Positions 50,652-60,542 of a stretch of 64,000 nt of DNA are shown piece by piece. Where the stretch lies: positions 6,425 to 70,424 of the forward strand of contig JBCBZK010000002.1 of assembly GCA_039815365.1 (NCBI GenBank), in the 5' to 3' direction. Source of the DNA: Pseudomonadota bacterium. Lineage in GTDB: Bacteria; Pseudomonadota; Gammaproteobacteria; Steroidobacterales; Woeseiaceae. The stretch's first letter is position 1; each line of letters opens with the position of its first letter. A program made the translations under genes and the position numbers. The notes under the pieces are model-generated. The model searched no databases. It was not told the DNA's origin and saw only the letters and a list, made by a program, of their open reading frames with translations.

Positions 50652-52166
50652 ATGTCAGACGAGATCACGCCAAACACAGACGCCGCGGCGGACGACAACA
50701 AACTGATTGCTGAGCGCCGCAAGAAACTCGATGGTCTGCGTGAGGAGGGCATCGCGTATCCGAACGACTTTCGTCGCGATTCGCTAGCCGCTCAGCTTCT
50801 GGCCCGTTTTAACGACGTCGACAAAGAGGCGCTTGAGGCGTCGCCTGTTCGCGTAAGCATTGCCGGGCGACTCATGAGCAAACGTGTGATGGGTAAGGCA
50901 AGCTTTGCCCACTTGCAGGATCGCAGCGCGCAACTGCAAGTGTATGTGCAGCGCGATGCCTTACCCGAAGGTGTCTATGCAGGTTTCAAGAAATGGGACA
51001 TGGGCGATATTGTTGGTGCGAGCGGCACTTTGTTTCGCACGAACAAGGGTGAGTTGTCCGTCAAGGTAGATGACATTCGTTTGCTGACAAAGTCGTTGCG
51101 ACCGCTGCCGGAAAAATGGCATGGCCTCAGTGATCAGGAGACGCGTTACCGGCAGCGCTATGTTGACCTCATTATCAACGAAGAGAGCCGGCAAGTGTTT
51201 CGTACGCGTACCCGCGTCGTGTCGTTTATCCGTGCGTTTCTTGAATCACGAGATTTTATGGAAGTCGAAACACCCATGATGCAGGCAACGCCAGGTGGCG
51301 CCATCGCTCGACCCTTCGCAACACACCACAACGCGCTGGACATGCCATTGTTCTTGCGTATTGCACCTGAGCTCAACTTGAAACGCCTTGTGGTCGGTGG
51401 TTTCGAGCGCGTGTACGAGATCAACCGAAATTTCCGTAACGAGGGTTTGTCCACGCAGCACAATCCCGAATTTACAATGCTTGAGCTCTATCAGGCATAC
51501 GCAGACTACGAAGATCTGATTGATCTGCTCGAGACGTTGATGCGCGGTTTGGCTGAGGCCGTGTGCGGCAGCACATCCGTGACGTGGCAAGAGCATACCT
51601 ACGACCTGAGCCAGCCATTCGACAGAGTGACTATCGCCGACAGCATTCTTGCAGCCGTGCCCGATCTCGACGCCGACAAGCTTCGCGATGTTGCGCACCT
51701 AACGCAGATTGCAGAATCGCTCGGCATCGCCGTGCATCCTAACTATGGTGCAGGTAAGTTGCAGACAGAGATTTTCGAAAAAGCGGTTGAGCCTAACTTG
51801 TTGAAGCCGACCTTCATGTTGTCGTATCCGGCGGAGGTGTCACCCCTGTCGCGCGCGAATGACGATGACCCGTTTATCACGGATCGTTTCGAATTGTTTA
51901 TCGGCGGGCGCGAAATCGCTAATGGCTTTTCTGAGCTTAACGACCCGGAAGACCAGGCAGCGCGTTTTCAGGCGCAAGTGGATAACCGCGGCGCCGGGGA
52001 TGATGAGGCGATGCATTTCGATGCCGACTACATCCGCGCGCTCGAGTATGGTTTGCCGCCAACGGCGGGGCTCGGTGTCGGTATCGACCGGTTAGTTATG
52101 ATGCTCACCGATCGTGCGACGATCCGCGACGTACTGTTGTTCCCGCACATGCGTCCGGAGCGCTAA
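50652..52166 (+). CDS. lysS: Lysyl-tRNA synthetase (class II)
   Basis: 504 aa. OB-fold N-domain and class II motifs ([31 protein letters not shown]). Confidence 0.97.
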   Translation: MSDEITPNTDAAADDNKLIAERRKKLDGLREEGIAYPNDFRRDSLAAQLLARFNDVDKEALEASPVRVSIAGRLMSKRVMGKASFAHLQDRSAQLQVYVQRDALPEGVYAGFKKWDMGDIVGASGTLFRTNKGELSVKVDDIRLLTKSLRPLPEKWHGLSDQETRYRQRYVDLIINEESRQVFRTRTRVVSFIRAFLESRDFMEVETPMMQATPGGAIARPFATHHNALDMPLFLRIAPELNLKRLVVGGFERVYEINRNFRNEGLSTQHNPEFTMLELYQAYADYEDLIDLLETLMRGLAEAVCGSTSVTWQEHTYDLSQPFDRVTIADSILAAVPDLDADKLRDVAHLTQIAESLGIAVHPNYGAGKLQTEIFEKAVEPNLLKPTFMLSYPAEVSPLSRANDDDPFITDRFELFIGGREIANGFSELNDPEDQAARFQAQVDNRGAGDDEAMHFDADYIRALEYGLPPTAGLGVGIDRLVMMLTDRATIRDVLLFPHMRPER

Positions 52167-52181
52167 AACGGCGCGGCGTTG

Positions 52182-52970
52182 TCAGTCTGTAGCCAGGCCG
52201 GTCAGAACCGTCCCGTCATCCAGGGTCATCGCAACGTTGAGATCGTTGGTGCTGATCACCGCGGCGATTACGTTGCCGGCCGCGGCCACAACACGCCCGA
52301 TCTTCTTGCCATCACCAACAATGTCGAGCGGTTGATCGTCATCGACCCGCGTTGCTGAGCGTAACAATCTCACCCGTCTTTTGACCGCGCCCAAATGCTG
52401 GGTTCGTGCGACGACTTCCTGCCCGGTATAGCAACCTTTGCTAAAGCTGATCGCGTTAGCAGCATCAAGGTTGAGCATGTGTGGCGTGAAACTGCCGGTC
52501 GCGTGGCTCGCGATATCGGTCACGCCTGCAACGAGGCGCGCCTCGCGCCAGTCGGTGTCATCGCCATTAACACTATCGTCCGTCCGCACTAGCGCCTCGA
52601 AGCAGTCGCCAAAATTCCAATGCGTGATTGCGCCGGCTGGCGATGGCTGTTCTCGGGTAGTGCGCATCATGCGCAGGTCGGTTACCTCGCCAGTATCGAC
52701 TTTCGCCCGCATCTTGTAGCGCAAGATGGCGTTCAACCAGTCATCAGCCAAGGCGTCACGAATGCCGACCACGATGGCATCGGCTTCGTGGATCAAGGTC
52801 AGAACAGCCAGCACTCGCCCTTTAGGGTCACAAGAAGCGGCGATCATGGCCGGTTGCGAGCTGTTCAGTAGTGCAACGTCTTGCGTCAACTGGCCTTGTA
52901 GAAATGAGATTCGATCATCGCCAGCAAACCGAATCAGTCTGAGCCAAGGTGCGGTCGAGGGTGTGGTCAT
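52182..52970 (-). CDS. ygfZ: Folate-binding Fe-S cluster repair / tRNA-modification protein YgfZ (short form)
   Basis: FLQGQLTQDV near the N-terminus and the hallmark KGCYTGQEVVAR motif; 262 aa. Confidence 0.85.
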   Translation of the reverse strand: MTTPSTAPWLRLIRFAGDDRISFLQGQLTQDVALLNSSQPAMIAASCDPKGRVLAVLTLIHEADAIVVGIRDALADDWLNAILRYKMRAKVDTGEVTDLRMMRTTREQPSPAGAITHWNFGDCFEALVRTDDSVNGDDTDWREARLVAGVTDIASHATGSFTPHMLNLDAANAISFSKGCYTGQEVVARTQHLGAVKRRVRLLRSATRVDDDQPLDIVGDGKKIGRVVAAAGNVIAAVISTNDLNVAMTLDDGTVLTGLATD

Positions 52971-53152
52971 ACGTCTATTGCTGCCTGTCTGCGTCGTATT
53001 GAGGGTGATTCAATGGTCGACTAATGATTGTCGTCGATTTGTAAAGGATTTGTACGCCTTTCGTTTGCCCCAAAGCGTGCGATGAGTACTGCTTCGCCTG
53101 CCTGACTCTGGCATAATTTGCAGAGTTAACAAAGCGCTAAAAGGCAAACGCG

Positions 53153-53359
53153 ATGTCTGAACAGCAACAAAAAGGCCCCGTGGTTTATCCGGCTTCACCC
53201 GCGGACAAATCGGACGCTATACCCACTACGAGCGAAGCGGCCTCAGAAACGGACTCTTCAACCGGGGTGGATCAACCGCGCGAAATCGGCGGTCGGAAAG
53301 GCCCCGACCCAACCCGCTATGGGGATTGGGAGAAGAACGGTCGTTGCATTGATTTTTGA
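53153..53359 (+). CDS. DUF1674 protein (SDHAF4-like succinate dehydrogenase assembly factor homologue)
   Basis: 68 aa. C-terminus EIGGRKGPDPTRYGDWEKNGRCIDF matches the DUF1674 signature. Lies 18 nt upstream of sdhC. Confidence 0.8.
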   Translation: MSEQQQKGPVVYPASPADKSDAIPTTSEAASETDSSTGVDQPREIGGRKGPDPTRYGDWEKNGRCIDF

Positions 53360-53377
53360 CCAAAGAATAATTACCGC

Positions 53378-53758
53378 ATGAATACAAGACAACGACCTCT
53401 GTCGCCGCATTTGTCGGCGTACAAATTCAGGATCACATCGACACTGTCGATCCTGCACCGCCTGACCGGTGTCGCGCTGACCGCTGGCACGTTATTGCTC
53501 GTGGCCTGGCTGATCGGTGCTGCGAGCGGCCCGGAGGCTTACGCATCTGTCGCCGGTTTTGCGGGCTCCATTGTTGGCAGACTCATGATCGCCGGGTGGA
53601 CTTACGCCTTTTTCTATCACTTGTGTAACGGTATCCGGCATTTGTTCTGGGATGCTGGCCGCGGCTTTGAAATCGAACAGGCAACCGCGTCCGGCTGGCT
53701 GGTCGTTACGGTGAGTAGTTTTGCCACGCTCGCGGCGCTTGCTGCGCTGTATTTGTAG
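53378..53758 (+). CDS. sdhC: Succinate dehydrogenase cytochrome b556 subunit
   Basis: RPLSPHLSAYKF...SILHRLTG N-terminus; 3 TM; 126 aa. Confidence 0.9.
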   Translation: MNTRQRPLSPHLSAYKFRITSTLSILHRLTGVALTAGTLLLVAWLIGAASGPEAYASVAGFAGSIVGRLMIAGWTYAFFYHLCNGIRHLFWDAGRGFEIEQATASGWLVVTVSSFATLAALAALYL

Positions 53759-53772
53759 TTGGGGAGTCTCAC

Positions 53773-54153
53773 ATGTCATTGAAATCCCCGTTGGGTAAAG
53801 TGCTCGGTCTCGGATCGGCTAAAGACGGCACAGAACATTGGTGGAGCCAACGCGTCAGCGCCGTCGCAATGGTGCCGCTCACGTTGTGGTTTGCGTTCTC
53901 GATGTTAGTCATGCCGGATTTTGGCTACGCCACGGTGCACGCTTGGATGGCGGCGCCGGTCAATGCCGTGTTGCTGTTATTGCTGATAGGCACGTTGCTC
54001 TACCACTCCAAGTTAGGCACACAAGTCGTTGTTGAGGACTATGTACACGGTTTCGCCAAGGTCGCGACTCTGATCCTGTTGAAGTTTGCCTACGCAGCGC
54101 TCGCAGTAGCGGCTGTGTTTTCCATTTTGCGCGTGTCGCTGGGAGCCGTCTGA
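53773..54153 (+). CDS. sdhD: Succinate dehydrogenase hydrophobic membrane anchor subunit
   Basis: 126 aa, 3 TM, GTEHWWSQRVSA motif. Positioned between sdhC and sdhA. Confidence 0.85.
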   Translation: MSLKSPLGKVLGLGSAKDGTEHWWSQRVSAVAMVPLTLWFAFSMLVMPDFGYATVHAWMAAPVNAVLLLLLIGTLLYHSKLGTQVVVEDYVHGFAKVATLILLKFAYAALAVAAVFSILRVSLGAV

Positions 54154-55941
54154 ATGACTGCCGAATATGAATTTGTTGACCACACCTACGATGTGGTCGT
54201 GGTGGGCGCCGGCGGCGCGGGTTTGCGTGCCACGTTTGGTCTTGCAGAGGCAGGTTTCGCAACAGCCTGTGTGACAAAAGTGTTTCCGACCCGCAGTCAT
54301 ACGGTGGCAGCGCAGGGTGGTATCAGTGCTGCGCTTGGCAACATGGGCGAAGATGACTGGCGCTGGCATATGTACGACACCGTCAAGGGCGCTGACTGGC
54401 TCGGCGATCAGGACGCGATCGAATACATGTGTAAGGAAGCGCCAAAAGCCGTCGTCGAATTAGAGCACTACGGCGTACCGTTCTCGCGCACCGAAGAAGG
54501 CAAGATTTATCAGCGTCCGTTCGGCGGTATGACGACGCATTACGGTGAAGGCACAGCCCAACGCACGTGCGCCGCAGCCGACCGAACGGGCCATGCCATG
54601 CTGCACACGCTGTATCAACAGTCGCTCAAACACGATGCCGAATTTTTCATTGAGTATTTTGCGATTGACCTGATCATGGTCGATGGCGAGTGTCGCGGTA
54701 TCGTTGCGTTGAATATGGCCGACGGAACGCTGCATCGCTTCCGCGCCAGCAAGGTGATTCTGGCGACTGGCGGCTACGGCCGCGCGTATTTCTCGTGCAC
54801 CTCTGCCCACACCTGCACAGGCGACGGTGGCGGCATGGTCGCGCGTGCCGGGTTACCGTTACAAGACATGGAGTTCGTGCAATTTCACCCGACGGGCATC
54901 TATGGTGCGGGCTGTCTGATTACCGAAGGCTCGCGCGGCGAGGGTGGTTATCTGACGAACTCCGATGGCGAGCGCTTTATGGAGCGCTATGCGCCGAACG
55001 CGAAGGATCTTGCCTCACGCGATGTCGTGAGTCGGTCGATGACGATTGAGATTCAGGAAGGTCGCGGCGTTGGCGCAGAAAACGATCACATCTTCTTGCA
55101 CCTGGAACACCTCGGGCCAGAAGTGATCGACGAGCGTTTGCCAGGAATCGCCGAAACAGCCAAGATTTTTGCGGGCGTTGACGTCAACAAGGCCCCAATT
55201 CCGGTGTTACCAACGGTTCACTACAATATGGGTGGTATCCCGACGGATTACCGCGGCCAGGTCGTGACGTTGAGCGGTGACAATCCCGACAGCGTTGTGC
55301 CAGGTCTCATGGCAATCGGTGAGGCTGGCTGTGTCTCAGTCCACGGTGCGAACCGTTTGGGCTCCAACTCGTTGTTGGATCTCGTCGTATTCGGGCGCGG
55401 TGCGGCTCAGCATTGTGCTGAAACGATGAAGCCGGGCGCCGCTCAGCCGGAATTGCCAGCAGGCGCCGGTCAGAACAGCATTGACCGTCTTGATCGATTG
55501 CGTAACGCAGACGGCACGCGCAACACAGCTGAGCTGCGTCTCGAGATGCAGAAAATCATGCAACAGCATGCCGCCGTGTTCCGCACGGAGACGTTGCTGC
55601 GTGATGGAATTACGAAACTCGAAGCGACTCAGGCGGGCATGGCTGATATCAAAGTCAGCGATCGCTCGTTGATCTGGAACACGGATCTTGTCGAGGCGAT
55701 GGAGCTTGAAAACCTGATGGCGAATGCGCAGGCGACGATTCGCTCCGCTGAAAACCGTCACGAGAGCCGTGGGGCTCAGGCCCGCGAAGACTATCCGGAT
55801 CGCGACGATGAGAACTGGATGAAACACACGTTGGCATGGGTCGGCGACGATGGCCGTACCTGTATTGATTACAGACCGGTTCATAGCGAAACATTGACGG
55901 ACGACGTGGAAGCGATTCCACCGAAAGCCAGAACGTACTAA
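54154..55941 (+). CDS. sdhA: Succinate dehydrogenase flavoprotein subunit
   Basis: [15 protein letters not shown] fold, the flavinylation site [10 protein letters not shown], and HPTG plus HGANRLG motifs. Confidence 0.98.
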   Translation: MTAEYEFVDHTYDVVVVGAGGAGLRATFGLAEAGFATACVTKVFPTRSHTVAAQGGISAALGNMGEDDWRWHMYDTVKGADWLGDQDAIEYMCKEAPKAVVELEHYGVPFSRTEEGKIYQRPFGGMTTHYGEGTAQRTCAAADRTGHAMLHTLYQQSLKHDAEFFIEYFAIDLIMVDGECRGIVALNMADGTLHRFRASKVILATGGYGRAYFSCTSAHTCTGDGGGMVARAGLPLQDMEFVQFHPTGIYGAGCLITEGSRGEGGYLTNSDGERFMERYAPNAKDLASRDVVSRSMTIEIQEGRGVGAENDHIFLHLEHLGPEVIDERLPGIAETAKIFAGVDVNKAPIPVLPTVHYNMGGIPTDYRGQVVTLSGDNPDSVVPGLMAIGEAGCVSVHGANRLGSNSLLDLVVFGRGAAQHCAETMKPGAAQPELPAGAGQNSIDRLDRLRNADGTRNTAELRLEMQKIMQQHAAVFRTETLLRDGITKLEATQAGMADIKVSDRSLIWNTDLVEAMELENLMANAQATIRSAENRHESRGAQAREDYPDRDDENWMKHTLAWVGDDGRTCIDYRPVHSETLTDDVEAIPPKARTY

Positions 55942-56005
55942 ACACCGAATATGACAGCAGTCGTGTGCGGCGCATTTGGCCGTGGCGAGATCGAAGGAGC
56001 AGATT

Positions 56006-56788
56006 GTGGCGGAATTCCGGCTACCAAAAAATTCCAGACCAGCGAAGGGTCAGCATTACCCTGCGCCGGAAGGCGCAACGAACACACGTCGCTACGTGAT
56101 CTATCGCTATGATCCGGACAAGGACACGGCACCCCGCATGGATACGTATGATATCGATACCGATACCTGCGGTCCGATGGTTCTCGATGCGCTCATCAAG
56201 ATCAAGAACGAGATAGATCCAACGCTCACCTTCCGCCGTTCCTGCCGCGAAGGCATTTGCGGTTCGTGTGCGATGAATATCGATGGCGGCAACACGCTTG
56301 CGTGTATTAAGTCGAGTGATGACATTGGTGACGAGGTCATGATTTATCCGTTGCCGCACATGCCTGTCATTAAGGATCTGGTGCCTGATCTCACCAACTT
56401 CTACGCGCAGTACGCGTCGATCAAACCATGGTTACAGTCCAAGACGCCGCCGCCACCGGATCATGAGCGACTACAAACCAAGGAAGATCAGGAGCTGATC
56501 AATGAGCCGTCGGCGTGCATCTTGTGTGCCTGTTGTTCGACGAGCTGCCCGAGCTACTGGTGGAACTCGGATCGCTACCTCGGTCCTGCTGCGTTGCTTG
56601 CGTCGTACCGTTGGTTGGTCGACAGCCGGGACGATGCGACAGGCGAACGCCTGGATCATCTGGAAGACCCGTTTCGTTTGTATCGCTGCCATACGATCAT
56701 GAACTGCACGCAGACCTGTCCGAAAGGCTTGAACCCGGCGAAAGCGATTGCGGAAACCAAGAAAATGATGGCGCATCGCCGCCACTGA
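56006..56788 (+). CDS. sdhB: Succinate dehydrogenase iron-sulfur subunit
   Basis: Cys clusters [23 protein letters not shown] and [15 protein letters not shown] 56006 lies 6 nt after AAGGAG; the ORF-track TTG 55976 is less likely. Confidence 0.96.
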   Translation: MAEFRLPKNSRPAKGQHYPAPEGATNTRRYVIYRYDPDKDTAPRMDTYDIDTDTCGPMVLDALIKIKNEIDPTLTFRRSCREGICGSCAMNIDGGNTLACIKSSDDIGDEVMIYPLPHMPVIKDLVPDLTNFYAQYASIKPWLQSKTPPPPDHERLQTKEDQELINEPSACILCACCSTSCPSYWWNSDRYLGPAALLASYRWLVDSRDDATGERLDHLEDPFRLYRCHTIMNCTQTCPKGLNPAKAIAETKKMMAHRRH

Positions 56789-56794
56789 TTGCCA

Positions 56795-57061
56795 ATGCAC
56801 GCCGATCCAGAGATTCGCGCGCTCACGTGGCGCTGCCGACGCGGGATGCGCGAGCTTGATCAATTGTTGCTTGGTTTTTTGAACCAGCACTTTGAGACAC
56901 TTGAAACGCCCGAAAAACAGGCGTTTCTTCGACTGCTAGATATGCAGGATCCGGAGATATTCGGGTTTCTGGTGCGCGGCATCACTCCCGAAGATCACGG
57001 CATTGCGGCAATCGTTCACACCGTCCTTAATCGAACTGACACCAGCGCCGTACACACGTAA
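56795..57061 (+). CDS. sdhE: FAD assembly factor SdhE (SDHAF2/YgfY/CptB family)
   Basis: WRCRRGMRELD...F..L...E...F..LL...D.....W pattern of DUF339. Starts right after the sdhB stop (ATG 56795 or TTG 56789). Confidence 0.85.
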   Translation: MHADPEIRALTWRCRRGMRELDQLLLGFLNQHFETLETPEKQAFLRLLDMQDPEIFGFLVRGITPEDHGIAAIVHTVLNRTDTSAVHT

Positions 57062-57452
57062 CGCGGCGCTTGCGCTCATTGCAGCGCTGACACTGGTGTG
57101 CAGTGTATTGTCCGCCGGAATCGAGCAAGATCTGACACGCGTCCTAGCAGCGCTAGCTACCCAAATGGGTGCTATCTCGGCTGTGTGGCGCGTCTGGCAT
57201 TGGCCTTGTGTCAGTTGGCTCGGTATGACCGCGCACGGCGAAATCCTGATCGAAACGCAGCACCGACGCATACTGGCGATGCCGTGTTCAACAGCCTACC
57301 TAGGTCGCTATGGCTGGTTCCTGATCGTGCAAGCCGAACGGCGTCGTTTTCATCTCATCGTCTTGCGGCGACACAACCGATCGGTTTGGCGACAGGCGCA
57401 AGTGCTGTGGCGTTGGCACCCACGTCTCGTCAAGACGCTATTCGATGCTTGA
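57003..57452 (+). CDS. Putative YgfX/CptA-like inner membrane protein
   Basis: Two hydrophobic segments followed by GEILIE...WFLIVQ...FHLIVLRRHNRSVWRQAQVLWRW. This is reminiscent of E. coli YgfX (GEIRLL...MLRLR...LWLAADSM..EWRDLRRIL), and the position downstream of sdhE matches E. coli. TTG start overlaps sdhE by 59 nt, so the start is uncertain. Confidence 0.45.
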   Translation: MRQSFTPSLIELTPAPYTRNAALALIAALTLVCSVLSAGIEQDLTRVLAALATQMGAISAVWRVWHWPCVSWLGMTAHGEILIETQHRRILAMPCSTAYLGRYGWFLIVQAERRRFHLIVLRRHNRSVWRQAQVLWRWHPRLVKTLFDA

Positions 57453-57551
57453 ATTAGTGGTGCAAGGCCTTGTCATCACAGTAAAATGACGCGAGATACG
57501 ATGTTGACGGCGTCATGTGCGTTCGGCATCGCAGATTTTGTGCTTCATCGC

Positions 57552-57578
57552 GAACTTTTGCAGATGGAGCTGGTCTAT
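57552..57578 (+). promoter_or_regulatory. Candidate sigma-E (ECF) autoregulatory promoter of rpoE
   Basis: GAACTT (57552-57557), 16 nt, then TCTAT (57574-57578), compared with the RpoE/AlgU consensus GAACTT-N16/17-TCtgA. Lies 49 nt upstream of the rpoE ATG. Confidence 0.5.
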
Positions 57579-57626
57579 TTTCCGTGACCGCGGACGGGCC
57601 GTAACACTAACAAGGGGTTCGCCCGT

Positions 57627-58208
57627 ATGGGCTCAGCAACAAACGATGCGCTTTTGGTCAAGCGCGTGCAAAAAGGGGATAAAGGTGCTTTCGACCTGTT
57701 GGTGCTCAAATACCAGCATAAGATCGTTAATCTGGTGTCTCGGTATGTGCGTGATAAAGACGAAGCGATGGACGTATCACAGGAGGCTTTCATCAAGGCG
57801 TATCGCGCGCTACCGCGTTTCCGTGGTGACAGCGCCTTTTACACCTGGTTGTACCGGATCGCTGTGAATACCGCCAAGAATTACCTGGTTGCCGCTAAGC
57901 GCAGACCGATGGAATACGACCTGGACCTGCAAGACCCGGAACAGTACGAGATGCATGCGCGTTTGAAGAGCGAAGACACGCCAGAGGCCGTGGCGCTCAA
58001 AGATGAAATGCAAGCCAGGATCAACGAGTCGATTAACGCGTTGCCTGAAGATCTGAGAACGGCGATCGTCCTGCGCGAGATCGACGGTATGAGTTACGAA
58101 GAAATAGCGCAGGCGATGGAATGCCCTGTGGGTACGGTGCGATCACGGATTTTCCGCGCTCGAGAGGCGATTACCAAAGGCATAGAAGCACTGGCGAGTG
58201 AGTCGTAG
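57627..58208 (+). CDS. rpoE: RNA polymerase sigma-E factor (ECF, RpoE/AlgU)
   Basis: LVKRVQKGDKGAFDLLVLKYQHKIVNLVSRYV is nearly identical in pattern to E. coli RpoE. Region 4 LREIDGMSYEEIA...PVGTVRSRIFRARE. Confidence 0.95.
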   Translation: MGSATNDALLVKRVQKGDKGAFDLLVLKYQHKIVNLVSRYVRDKDEAMDVSQEAFIKAYRALPRFRGDSAFYTWLYRIAVNTAKNYLVAAKRRPMEYDLDLQDPEQYEMHARLKSEDTPEAVALKDEMQARINESINALPEDLRTAIVLREIDGMSYEEIAQAMECPVGTVRSRIFRAREAITKGIEALASES

Positions 58209-58212
58209 TGCA

Positions 58213-58845
58213 ATGAGCAGTCTTATGAATGACCAATTGAAAGAACAAATCTCCGCATACGTTGATGACGAGTTGTCGACTGACGAGACGGCTCTGCTGT
58301 TACGTCAGCTCGCCGCTGACCCGGCGTTACGTGAGCAAGCCAATGCGTACATCGAGCTAGGCCGGCAAATGCGTGGGCAAAGCCAGGGCGCTGTGCCAGA
58401 CTTGCGTCTCAGCATTTTGCAATCACTTGAGAGCGACACGTCTGCACCGGTCATCGATGATGTGCCGGCAACAGCGTCAGCTGCGCGCTGGTTGCGTCCG
58501 GTTGCCGGCGGCGCGATTGCTGCCGTTGTTGCCGTGATTGCGATCAACATGCTGCCTGAAGCACCGTCGAGCGATGTAGCACCAGCCGCCGCGATTGTGC
58601 AGACGAATGAGTCGACGCCGGCGAGTGACGCTTTTGAACCTGCCTATGAGTACATTGTGCCCGCGTCGATTACCGATTCCGGTTTGGTCAGCGCCGACCC
58701 GGAGTTGGCCGCCTATTTCCTGCGCCACAGTGTCAGTCGACCGTCACTGGCGCCGGGCAGCGGGCGCGCGCGCATGCTGTCTGAGGCGGCCGCCGTCGAC
58801 GACAACGATGATCAATCGACCGCCGGTGAGGTGAGCGCGCCGTGA
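58213..58845 (+). CDS. rseA: Anti-sigma-E factor (RseA/MucA-like)
   Basis: The N-terminal LKEQISAYVDDELS... helix pattern of RseA_N, a central TM (GGAIAAVVAVIAI), and position after rpoE. Start is Met 58213 or 58225. Confidence 0.75.
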   Translation: MSSLMNDQLKEQISAYVDDELSTDETALLLRQLAADPALREQANAYIELGRQMRGQSQGAVPDLRLSILQSLESDTSAPVIDDVPATASAARWLRPVAGGAIAAVVAVIAINMLPEAPSSDVAPAAAIVQTNESTPASDAFEPAYEYIVPASITDSGLVSADPELAAYFLRHSVSRPSLAPGSGRARMLSEAAAVDDNDDQSTAGEVSAP

Positions 58846-59894
58846 TGATCCGTGTGCTGACCGTGTGTCTGAGTGTTCTGTCGTCGGGTGTTGTCGCGCA
58901 AACCGCGGCAGACCAAACCTCCCCGAACGAGCTGCTACGCGACATCGGTGAAGCGTTGGAGCAGGTGAGTTATCAAGGCACGCTGATTCGTTCGGTTGAC
59001 GGCAAGATCGATACGATGCACGTGTTGCACAGCAATGACGATGGCGTGATACGAGAGAAACTCGTGTCGATGGACGGTGAAGGCCGCGAAGTGCTGCGCA
59101 ACGGTGATGAGCTGATTTGCTTGTTACCTCAGCAAAAGGTCAAGTTAATTGACAACAACGTGTCGCCATCCAATGCCTTCGTTCGGTTGCCAATGGTCAT
59201 TAATGAGCTAGGCAATTTCTACGTCCTTGAGTCCAAAGGGATGGATCGTGTCGCAGGTCGCACTGCACGACGTTTCTTTATTAAACCGCAAGATGCGTTC
59301 CGCTATGGGCATCGATTGTGGGTTGACGAAGAAACCCTTTTGCCGTTGCGCATGCAGCTGGTGAGCCGCACGCGCATTATCGAGGAAATCCGCTTTGCGG
59401 CGATCACGATTGGTGAGGAGATTCCTGCCTCTTTGTTTGCCAGCGATATCGACAGTAGCGATTTCCGTGTCATACGCGCTGCTGCTTCGATGGAGAAAGA
59501 CCAACGCAGCACACAAATCTCTCTGGCAGAGGCGCCGGGTGACAGCGACATTGATAACTGGCCGCGCGAGCCATCGCCGGGATTCCGGTTGCGCGCAACC
59601 CAGTCGCAAATGGTCACAATCAATGGCCGCACTGCGCAGCGACTGGTTTTTTCCGATGGGTTGGCCACGGTCTCGGTGTTTATTACCACACAACCGGCCG
59701 CCGAAAATGACCCCGTCTCGAAAGTGTCGAGAATGGGTGCTGCATCGAGTTATCAGCGCCGCATTGGTGATCAATTGGTCACGTTAGTCGGTGAAGTGCC
59801 GATAGAGACCCTTAAATTGTTAGCCGAGCGCACCGAGCAGCAAATCCTGGCGCGACAGCAACAACGCCGTGAGCAGGCACGCTCGATTGAGTGA
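58842..59894 (+). CDS. rseB: Sigma-E regulatory protein RseB/MucB
   Basis: Signal peptide and an LolA-like fold. SYQGTLIR...MDGEGREVLRNGDEL resembles RseB. Overlaps the rseA stop. Confidence 0.85.
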   Translation: MMIRVLTVCLSVLSSGVVAQTAADQTSPNELLRDIGEALEQVSYQGTLIRSVDGKIDTMHVLHSNDDGVIREKLVSMDGEGREVLRNGDELICLLPQQKVKLIDNNVSPSNAFVRLPMVINELGNFYVLESKGMDRVAGRTARRFFIKPQDAFRYGHRLWVDEETLLPLRMQLVSRTRIIEEIRFAAITIGEEIPASLFASDIDSSDFRVIRAAASMEKDQRSTQISLAEAPGDSDIDNWPREPSPGFRLRATQSQMVTINGRTAQRLVFSDGLATVSVFITTQPAAENDPVSKVSRMGAASSYQRRIGDQLVTLVGEVPIETLKLLAERTEQQILARQQQRREQARSIE

Positions 59895-60306
59895 CTGTCA
59901 GGTAGCGGATGCGGTGATCGTGCGTGCCGTTAATGGCCACCGCGTTGAGCTACTCAACGCACCGCTCGATTGCCGGGCGTGTGCCAATGGCACCGGTTGC
60001 GGTGCTGCATTGCTGTCGGCGCGCCGCCGAAGCACGTTCATTGATTGGCATCAAGGACCGCCGCCGAATCCGGGCGATCGTTTGGTACCAGTGCGCAAGC
60101 GTGCTGTGTTGCGGGCTGCGAGCATGGGTTACGGACTGCCGTTAGCGGGTTTTGTAACAGGCGCTTCACTAGGCCATTGGTTCGGAACTGACGCGATAGC
60201 GGCGCTAACGGGCTTGATCGGCGGGGTGTTGGCAGTCTTGGTGAGCCGCCGGTTCACGGGTGCGGCGCCCGAGCACTGGCGCGTGCTTGCGGCTGATTCT
60301 GTATGA
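59887..60306 (+). CDS. rseC: RseC/MucC-family (SoxR-reducing system) protein
   Basis: CRACANGTGCGAALLS Cys motif followed by two TM segments (GYGLPLAGFV..., LTGLIGGVLAVLV), as in RseC. Start is TTG 59887 or the ORF-track 59869. Confidence 0.7.
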   Translation: MSDCQVADAVIVRAVNGHRVELLNAPLDCRACANGTGCGAALLSARRRSTFIDWHQGPPPNPGDRLVPVRKRAVLRAASMGYGLPLAGFVTGASLGHWFGTDAIAALTGLIGGVLAVLVSRRFTGAAPEHWRVLAADSV

Positions 60307-60542
60307 AGCAACTCACGCTCTATTCGCGTCCGGGGTGTCATCTGTGCGAGAACCTTCTGGAGGGCCTGCTGCCAATGATCCGCGGTCAGGCGAGCCTTGA
60401 GGAGCGCAACATCGATCTCGATGCTCAGCTGAGGCAACAATTCGACATTCGTGTTCCCGTATTGTGCGCCGGCGATCGCGTGTTGTGCGAAGCCTTCCTG
60501 GATGCGCCCAAAATCAGCGCCTGGCTAGCGGAACCCGAGTAA
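60303..60542 (+). CDS. Glutaredoxin-like protein (DUF836 family)
   Basis: 79 aa; LTLYSRPGCHLCE CxxC motif and downstream IRVPVL. ATGA overlap with the rseC stop. Confidence 0.75.
   Translation: MKQLTLYSRPGCHLCENLLEGLLPMIRGQASLEERNIDLDAQLRQQFDIRVPVLCAGDRVLCEAFLDAPKISAWLAEPE

Noticed and set aside
57098-57457. 119-aa alternative frame downstream of sdhE
   Set aside because: Its product is Arg/Ala/Ser-rich without hydrophobic segments. The 57003 frame gives TM helices and a YgfX-like tail.
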